Position numbers and translations under genes: made by a program. Of a DNA stretch of 64,000 nucleotides, positions 57,966 through 64,000 are shown one piece after another. The notes beneath the pieces were generated by a model. That model was not told the origin of the DNA, searched no databases, and was given only the letters and a program-made list of their open reading frames with translations. The number at the start of each line of letters is the position of its first letter. Position 1 is the stretch's first letter. Source of the DNA: an uncultured Pseudomonadales bacterium (lineage in GTDB: Bacteria > Patescibacteriota > Microgenomatia > UBA1400 > PJMF01); contig CAZUHV010000001.1 in NCBI GenBank assembly GCA_964620965.1, forward strand, positions 85,839 to 149,838, written 5' to 3'.

Positions 57966-58079
57966 CTGATACAATTTACAACCAAAAGTAAAGCGTTATA
58001 ACAAGAGCTGCCCACTAGTGAGGTAGCTTTTTTTGTAACACCTGCCCAACAAACTTTAATTAGTGAAAGGGTCGTGTTT

Positions 58080-58412
58080 ATGAAAAAACTCATAGTTCTC
58101 CAAAGCATATTACTTACTTCCTTAGTCGTGGCGAGTCCAGCATTTGCTCAGTCCGCAGAAGTAGGACAAATTCAATCATTTATCCAAGAAGTGATTCAGA
58201 TCATGGTCACTTTGTCTGGCTTTATCGCAGCAGGCTTTATTGTCTGGGGCGGAGTTGGTTACATTACTAGCTCTGGAAATCCAGAAGCTTTAGAAAAATC
58301 TAAAAAGACTATTCTGTATTCTGCAGTCGGGCTGACCTTAGTACTCGGTGCGTTTGTTATCTCAAACATGGTGAGCCAGGTAGCAACTACTGCATTTGGA
58401 TCTGGAATGTAA
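58080..58412 (+). CDS. VirB2/TrbC-like pilin
   Basis: Signal peptide ending AFAQS, then two hydrophobic helices separated by SSGNPEALEKSKKT. The ORF track starts at GTG 58074. The ATG at 58080 has an AAAGGG RBS. Confidence 0.5.
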   Translation: MKKLIVLQSILLTSLVVASPAFAQSAEVGQIQSFIQEVIQIMVTLSGFIAAGFIVWGGVGYITSSGNPEALEKSKKTILYSAVGLTLVLGAFVISNMVSQVATTAFGSGM

Positions 58413-58437
58413 TTGATTAGAAAAGGAATACGTATTG

Positions 58438-59736
58438 ATGAGAAGAGTACTATCAACTATTGGAACAACCGCACTTGTTTTCCTTTTCTTTAGTTCTCCT
58501 GTTTTTGCTCAATCAACTAACCCTGATGTCATAGAATATACAAACAGTACATTACAAATCATCACTTTAATAGCGACCGCATCAGCGGTCTTTTTTTTAG
58601 TTAAAGCAGGATATCTCTACATCACCTCAGCTGGAAAACCTGAAGTTCTTGAGTCTGCCAAGAAAACTATCCGTAATGCAGTTATTGGCTTAACTTTAGT
58701 TTTAGCTGCAAATGTTGTCACCTCTGTTTTTCAGCATGCTTTAAATTCGCAAACAACTACTGGCTCTGGCACACCCATAGATATCGTCAGTATAGAAGCT
58801 GTTGAACCATCTGAAGGACTCACTCAAGTTTTAATTGATGCCATTGGAGGCTTTATCCAAAATATTGTGGAGAGTTCTACTGAGCCAATTGTGAATGGGG
58901 TGCTTGGATACCTGACAACCACACCAACACTTTTAAACAATGAGGTGGTTCGCAATTTTTGGTTTATTTCAGTCGGTATTGTGGACGCTTTATTCATCTT
59001 GGTTGTAGCCCTAATGGGCTTGCAAGTCATGAGTGCTAGTACCTTTGGTTTTGATGAAGTAGAGCTTAAACAACTGCTTCCAAGGTTAGGACTTACTTTC
59101 TTGGCTGCAAATATTTCACTCTTTCTAGCAGACTACGCCATTATCACCTGCAATATGTTGGTAAAAGTTATCTTAGATTCAACAGGAGGACTGAACCATG
59201 CTTGGATAGAAGCTGCTTTTAACCCTACAGCAGTCATTTCTGGAACTACGCCACTGATCATTTTGATATTTATGGTGCTGTTTTTAATTGTCTCAATCGT
59301 GTTACTGCTTATGTACATCAGTAGGCTCATTTTTATTTCCCTTGGGGCAGTTTTGTCACCATTTATCTTTCTGCTTTCAGCTCTGCCTAAATTTTCTGAC
59401 TTTGCCTTGATTGCCATAAAGACTTACCTTGTTAGTATTTTTATCGTGTTTGTTCATGTGGTGATTATTCAGCTCGCCAGCTCATTTTTAACTCTGCCAG
59501 ACCACAGTGAAAACTCAATCATTTCAATTGCCGTCGGGATTGGACTTTTTATCACCTTACTTAAAACCCCAAACCTCATGATTCAGATGGTGATGTATAC
59601 CGCTAATTCTGGAATAATGAAAAAGCTCGGGAACCAAATTATTAACGTGATGACAACAGATAACGCATCCGTTGCTAGTAGAGCTCAAGCTCAAAATACT
59701 GCCTCAAAACTAACTAGAAAGGCCATCAAAATATGA
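58438..59736 (+). CDS. fusion of VirB2-like pilin module to VirB6/TrbL-like polytopic membrane protein
   Basis: The first roughly 100 aa are a paralogue of the preceding pilin (VFAQS...SAGKPEVLESAKKT...). These are followed by at least 6 TM helices typical of VirB6. ATGA overlap with the next gene. Confidence 0.5.
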   Translation: MRRVLSTIGTTALVFLFFSSPVFAQSTNPDVIEYTNSTLQIITLIATASAVFFLVKAGYLYITSAGKPEVLESAKKTIRNAVIGLTLVLAANVVTSVFQHALNSQTTTGSGTPIDIVSIEAVEPSEGLTQVLIDAIGGFIQNIVESSTEPIVNGVLGYLTTTPTLLNNEVVRNFWFISVGIVDALFILVVALMGLQVMSASTFGFDEVELKQLLPRLGLTFLAANISLFLADYAIITCNMLVKVILDSTGGLNHAWIEAAFNPTAVISGTTPLIILIFMVLFLIVSIVLLLMYISRLIFISLGAVLSPFIFLLSALPKFSDFALIAIKTYLVSIFIVFVHVVIIQLASSFLTLPDHSENSIISIAVGIGLFITLLKTPNLMIQMVMYTANSGIMKKLGNQIINVMTTDNASVASRAQAQNTASKLTRKAIKI

Positions 59737-60239
59737 GAAGCCAAGTCATACCAGCTCAAATAACCACAGTAGAAGATAAGATTGCAGGCAACTTTAGTCT
59801 GACACAGATCATGCTACTGCTTATGCCAGTCTTGATTGCAACATTTATCTACACTTTCCTACCACCTACCATGACTTTTGTTATCTATAAGCTAGTTCTA
59901 GCAAGTATCTTTGCAGTTTTAAGTATCACGCTAGCTGTCAGAGTCAAAGGCAGAATCATCTCCAGTTGGTTAGTTGTTTTGATTCGGTACAACATTAGAC
60001 CAAAGTATTACATCTATAACAAAAACTCAGTGATTTACCGAGAAGTTATAAAGCCAGAAGTTCAAAATATTGTTGTTAAACAGAAACATGATGAAAAAGT
60101 TGCACAAAAACAACTTAACTCCCCAGATATCAAAGATGTATTAAAACTTCGCCATCTTCTAGACACAACTGATTTCAATCTAACCTATCGCTCTGGCAAG
60201 AAAGGAGGACTCAATGTGGCTTTTGAAAAAATCTCTTAA
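59733..60239 (+). CDS. VirB3/PrgI-like small two-TM protein
   Basis: N-terminal hydrophilic region, two adjacent TM helices, cytoplasmic tail. Sits between the VirB6-like and VirB4 genes. Confidence 0.4.
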   Translation: MRSQVIPAQITTVEDKIAGNFSLTQIMLLLMPVLIATFIYTFLPPTMTFVIYKLVLASIFAVLSITLAVRVKGRIISSWLVVLIRYNIRPKYYIYNKNSVIYREVIKPEVQNIVVKQKHDEKVAQKQLNSPDIKDVLKLRHLLDTTDFNLTYRSGKKGGLNVAFEKIS

Positions 60240-60834
60240 CAAAATTAGCTCTCGTAACCAAATTGCTATCAAAGAAGTTCGTGATGGAATCTTGGTTCTA
60301 CCAAATAACGAACACCGACTGATTATTGAAACTTCCTCAGTTAACTTTGAGCTTAAAAGTGAAGCGGAACAAGATGTATTAATTGATAGCTTTCAAACAT
60401 TTCTAAACTCACTGCCCTCTCAACTGCAAATCCTGATTCGCATTCGTGAAGTAGATATTGACCAATACGTTGATTCCATTGATCTACTCAAAGAAACGGA
60501 AGATGAAAAGCAATACATAGAACAAATTAATGACTACACTCAATTTATTCGCCAACTCGTATCTGGCAACAAAATCTTGTCTCGCAAGTTTTACATCGTC
60601 CTACCTTACAAACCGGAAACCAAAGGCAATACTTTTGAGCTAGCCCAAGCTCAACTCAATTTAACTCAAGATATGGTAATTAAAGCTCTAGAAAAACTAG
60701 GAATGAAGGCAAGGAAGCTCGATAGCTTAGAAGTTTTACATCTCTTTTATAGCTTCTACAACAAGGGACAGATAAAAACTCAGGAATTAACCAGCACTAC
60801 TATGAAAGCAATACTACAACACAACTATGTTTAA
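60214..60834 (+). CDS. VirB4 N-terminal domain protein (split VirB4, part 1)
   Basis: Pattern AIKEVRDGILVLPNNEHRLIIETSSVNFELKSEAEQ...FQTFLNSLPSQLQI resembles the VirB4/TcpF N-terminal domain. Its stop overlaps the next start (ATGTTTAA). Confidence 0.45.
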   Translation: MWLLKKSLNKISSRNQIAIKEVRDGILVLPNNEHRLIIETSSVNFELKSEAEQDVLIDSFQTFLNSLPSQLQILIRIREVDIDQYVDSIDLLKETEDEKQYIEQINDYTQFIRQLVSGNKILSRKFYIVLPYKPETKGNTFELAQAQLNLTQDMVIKALEKLGMKARKLDSLEVLHLFYSFYNKGQIKTQELTSTTMKAILQHNYV

Positions 60835-62641
60835 TACTGTTCAAAACTACTACCACAACTTACAAAAATGGAAGCGAAAAAAGGTTCGTAAGTTTAAAAC
60901 CCAACAAGAGAAAAAACGAAGAGAACGCCTTTCACTTCAGTTTAGTTTTGGTGAACAAGATCAAGTTGACTTAATTTCTTATTCTGGCTTGATGGAAGAA
61001 TCTACCTACCTACAAATGGGTGATACCTATGTTCGAACGCTTTTTATCTCTGGCTACCCATATGTTGCTAATGTTGGTTGGCTCAATATGCTAATTAACT
61101 TCAACCATGACTTAGATATTTCATATCACATTGAGCACGTTGACCCTTTGATGGCATTGCCAAAACTGAATCGAAAAATTACTGAGCTTGAGTCAACCAA
61201 ACGAAGCATGCTAAAGGCAGGAAAAGTGATTGGTTCTGAAATCACTGACCCACTTGAATCTGCTATGGAACTGAAAGACAAAATCCAAAGAGGTCAGGAA
61301 AAACTGTTTCAAATTTCTATTTACATGACCTTGAGTGCAAATAGTTTGGAAGAGCTCAATAAAACCACACAAGTTCTTGAAACCATCATGGCATCTAGAA
61401 TGTTTTACATCAAAACTGCCACTTTCCAACAACTTGAAGGCTTGCAATCAATTCTGCCAAGAGGCGAAAACCAACTCAATCAAAAACGAAACTTGGATAG
61501 CTCCAGTGCAGCTTTAACTTTCCCATTTGTTTCATCCGAACTTGTCCAAGAATCAGGTATTTTATATGGAATTAATAAATCAAATAATTCACTGGTAATT
61601 GTAGATCGCTTCTCTTTAAATAACGCTAACTCAATTATCTTTGCTCAATCAGGAAGTGGTAAAAGTTACACTGCCAAAGTTGAAATTTTAAGACAACTAA
61701 TGCAACAAACAAAAGTTATCGTTATTGATCCTGAACGGGAGTATAAACAACTAGCAAAATCAGTTAAAGGCACATACATTCGCTTATCTGCCACTTCTAA
61801 AGAAAAGATTAACCCCTTTGATTTCTCACTCAAATCATTTACGGGTCAAAACGGATTAGCTGAACATATTCAAGATCTAACTGAAATTATTTCCCTGATG
61901 GCAGGCTCACTCACAGATGAAGAGCGTGCTGTAGTCGATAAAGCTTTAATTGAAACCTACAAACAATTTGGCATTAGCATGCGAAAAGGCAACTACGAAG
62001 CTGATCAAAAATTTCCGCTACTTAAAGATTTCTATAAGGTGCTCAAGAAAATGAAACAAAAAGAGCTATGTCACAGGCTGGATAAATTCGTTTCTGGCTC
62101 GCTTTCCAGTGTGTTTGATTCTCAAACCAATGTAGATCTTTCCAACCGCTTAGTCATTTTTGATATCAAAGATTTGGATGAGTCACTCAGGCAAATAATG
62201 ATTCTAGCCACTGCTAATTTTGTACACTCTGAAGTTAAATCTAACCCACAAAAACGTATCTTAGTAATTGATGAAGCCTGGTTGCTTTTGCAACATGAAG
62301 AAAGCGCGAGGTTCTTAGCAGGATTGGTCAGACGTGCACGCAAACACTACTTGGGAGTCACTCTCATTTCTCAGCAAGCTAATGACTTTTTAAACCAAGA
62401 ATATGGCAGAGCAATTGCCTCGCAATCATCACTCAGAATATTGATGAAGCAGGATACAACTTCAATTAAAAAAGTAGTCCAGGAATTTAACTTGAGTGAG
62501 TACGAGCAACAATTTCTACTTACTTGTGACCGAGGTGAAGCTTTAATAATTGCTGACCAAAACCATGTGGCTGTAAAAATAGTTGCCTCAGAAAAAGAAC
62601 ATCCAATGTTAACCACTGATCCGAAAGATTTATATTTATAG
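60827..62641 (+). CDS. virB4: VirB4/TrbE-family type IV secretion ATPase (split VirB4, part 2)
   Basis: Walker A AQSGSGKSYT. Walker B RILVIDEAWLLL. GVTLISQQANDF motif. Confidence 0.75.
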   Translation: MFNTVQNYYHNLQKWKRKKVRKFKTQQEKKRRERLSLQFSFGEQDQVDLISYSGLMEESTYLQMGDTYVRTLFISGYPYVANVGWLNMLINFNHDLDISYHIEHVDPLMALPKLNRKITELESTKRSMLKAGKVIGSEITDPLESAMELKDKIQRGQEKLFQISIYMTLSANSLEELNKTTQVLETIMASRMFYIKTATFQQLEGLQSILPRGENQLNQKRNLDSSSAALTFPFVSSELVQESGILYGINKSNNSLVIVDRFSLNNANSIIFAQSGSGKSYTAKVEILRQLMQQTKVIVIDPEREYKQLAKSVKGTYIRLSATSKEKINPFDFSLKSFTGQNGLAEHIQDLTEIISLMAGSLTDEERAVVDKALIETYKQFGISMRKGNYEADQKFPLLKDFYKVLKKMKQKELCHRLDKFVSGSLSSVFDSQTNVDLSNRLVIFDIKDLDESLRQIMILATANFVHSEVKSNPQKRILVIDEAWLLLQHEESARFLAGLVRRARKHYLGVTLISQQANDFLNQEYGRAIASQSSLRILMKQDTTSIKKVVQEFNLSEYEQQFLLTCDRGEALIIADQNHVAVKIVASEKEHPMLTTDPKDLYL

Positions 62642-63253
62642 ATGCATGCTGTACTTACCGCTCACACCATTTGGTCTTATAGAAGGGAATTTCAGTTTGT
62701 TGCGTTTTCATTTTTGGTTTTAATCTCACTGCCCATCATTGCAGTAGTTATCCTGATGCACACAGGAATCAACATTGTCTCTGATGCTCTGATTGACGTT
62801 GAGCCAGAAACACAAACTATTCAAATCAAAAACCCTGCAGATGGGTCTGTCGTTAAAGAAGTATCAAAAAAAGTGGCATGGCCTGTTCAAGGAGTAACAA
62901 CACTTGAATTTGCTAAATCTAGTGGCTACCAAAAGTTTCATGCAGGAATCGATATTGCCAACTCTCAAGGGAAAGTGGGAGATAAAATATCACCTTTTAT
63001 GGATGGGACTGTAACTTATGCTGGCGAGATTTTTTGGGGATATGGAAAACACGTAATTATTGATCATGGAGACAACATGACATCTGTATATGCTCACTTA
63101 AATCGAATTACTGTTTATGAAGGAGAGGAAGTAAAAGTGAGTGATTCAATTGGAGAAATGGGGAGTACCGGCTGGTCTACAGGACCGCATTTGCATTTTG
63201 AGATTAGAGTCTATGGAGTGCCAATAGATCCTACGATGATTCTAGGTATCTAA
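62642..63253 (+). CDS. M23 family metallopeptidase (LytM-like peptidoglycan hydrolase, VirB1 functional analogue)
   Basis: HAGIDIA, DxGxNM (IIDHGDNM) and GSTGWSTGPHLHFEIR motifs. N-terminal TM. Starts 1 nt after the VirB4 stop. Confidence 0.8.
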   Translation: MHAVLTAHTIWSYRREFQFVAFSFLVLISLPIIAVVILMHTGINIVSDALIDVEPETQTIQIKNPADGSVVKEVSKKVAWPVQGVTTLEFAKSSGYQKFHAGIDIANSQGKVGDKISPFMDGTVTYAGEIFWGYGKHVIIDHGDNMTSVYAHLNRITVYEGEEVKVSDSIGEMGSTGWSTGPHLHFEIRVYGVPIDPTMILGI

Positions 63254-63385
63254 GATTGAACTCTTCTTGCAATTATCTGTATATATGCCAGAGAGCAATC
63301 AAAAAGTTAGAACTAGCGTACAATCATCGAATATATGCGGTAGAAGCGTGTATGGCTAATAATTATTTGTGGTAGTATCTAAGTA

Positions 63386-63934
63386 ATGTTTGAAAAAATA
63401 CTCCCTATAACTATAGTTTTTGTTTTTTTGTTAAACCTATACATGTTTCTAATTCCCTCAACAAGCAACTCCTATAGTATTACTCAAACATTCGATGATT
63501 ACCACGCCGTAGATAATTGGAACTCACCTGATTATGCAGATGGGTTTTTTGACGATGATGAACATCTAGATCTAGTTTTCAATGATGGTTGCATATATCT
63601 AACAAGAGCTGAGACTAAAATAGAAATGCATAGTAGTGAATGTGAACAAAAGAACCCTGCATTCAGAACACAAGCCAACCAGGGCCCCAAGATTGGGGGA
63701 CAAAAGGTATTCCAAGGACTCTCAACAAGCAGACCACACTTTGCAATCTTGCAATCATTTGCTGCCAAAAAGAGTGAACAAAATTGGAAGGTATACGAAC
63801 AGGTGAATTTGAATACTACTGTTTGGGAAATCCTGCCAGATGGAATAATAGTAACTGCAGAAGCAAGTACTGCCGACAAATTAGATGCCGCATGGTACTT
63901 CGTCAGTCACCTTTTCACTTTTATACTAAACTAG
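63386..63934 (+). CDS. hypothetical secreted protein
   Basis: N-terminal signal peptide. Cys-containing. No recognised motifs. Confidence 0.35.
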   Translation: MFEKILPITIVFVFLLNLYMFLIPSTSNSYSITQTFDDYHAVDNWNSPDYADGFFDDDEHLDLVFNDGCIYLTRAETKIEMHSSECEQKNPAFRTQANQGPKIGGQKVFQGLSTSRPHFAILQSFAAKKSEQNWKVYEQVNLNTTVWEILPDGIIVTAEASTADKLDAAWYFVSHLFTFILN

Positions 63935-64000
63935 TTCCAGCATTAGTAATTACTTAAAGTATTTTTTTATGCTTTAGTTCTTACTAAAGGTTTTTTTGCC

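Noticed and set aside
60820-60840. Possible frameshift pseudogene of VirB4
   Set aside because: The junction reads ATGTTTAA, a classic stop-start overlap, not a homopolymer slip site. Treated as a split gene pending read-level verification, and kept as a finding rather than a pseudogene call.
1-64000. CRISPR array, rRNA genes, IS transposases
   Set aside because: No short regularly spaced direct repeats, no 16S/23S/5S-like conserved stretches, and no transposase-like ORFs were seen on reading the window. The only repeat family found is the 40-bp pair at 42.5 and 48.2 kb.
1-64000. Alternative genetic code (UGA as Gly, as in Gracilibacteria/SR1)
   Set aside because: Conserved proteins (secD, hsdR, recJ, aspS, cca) are recovered full length with the standard code, without needing read-through of in-frame TGA.

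Overview
An AT-rich bacterial chromosomal segment (roughly one-third G+C by eye; standard genetic code, AAGGAG-type ribosome-binding sites; gene content suggests a small-genome, possibly CPR/Patescibacteria-like lineage, which is inference). The window is compact and mostly minus-strand for the first 34 kb.

Housekeeping part (1-34 kb), in order:
- A tRNA-Gln.
- An OmpR-type two-component pair.
- A roughly 10-kb surface-glycosylation locus: three GT-C membrane glycosyltransferases, two Dpm1-like GT2 enzymes (one fused to GtrA), gmd, a GDP-6-deoxyhexose reductase and ugd.
- A DacA-like carboxypeptidase.
- aspS preceded by a T-box leader.
- recJ, cca, a Nudix hydrolase, secDF, rseP and frr.
- A 0.9-kb GC-rich foreign island.
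- Secreted and membrane proteins: a CAP-domain protein and a SipW signal peptidase with two TasA/camelysin-like substrates.
- msrB, msrA and tspO.

Accessory part (34-64 kb). At 34.15 kb a tRNA-Glu is overlapped antisense by the 3' end of a large serine recombinase gene. Everything downstream looks like an integrated conjugative or mobilisable element, or a cluster of them, and the far end was not found in the window:
- A T4CP-like ATPase, a replication-relaxation protein and an ArdC-like antirestriction protein.
- A cargo cassette bounded by two 40-bp direct repeats (GNAT, GH4 hydrolase, methyltransferase, PLP C-S lyase, Nudix, epimerase).
- A type I R-M operon (hsdM-hsdS-hsdR) translationally coupled to an RloC/PrrC-like ATPase with a CxxC zinc hook and to a dual-nuclease protein.
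- A type IV secretion-like operon: a VirB2-like pilin, a pilin fused to a VirB6-like domain, a VirB3-like protein, VirB4 split into two coupled ORFs, and an M23 peptidase.

No CRISPR array, rRNA or IS transposase was seen. Most of the short ORFs in the track are antisense shadows of real genes.
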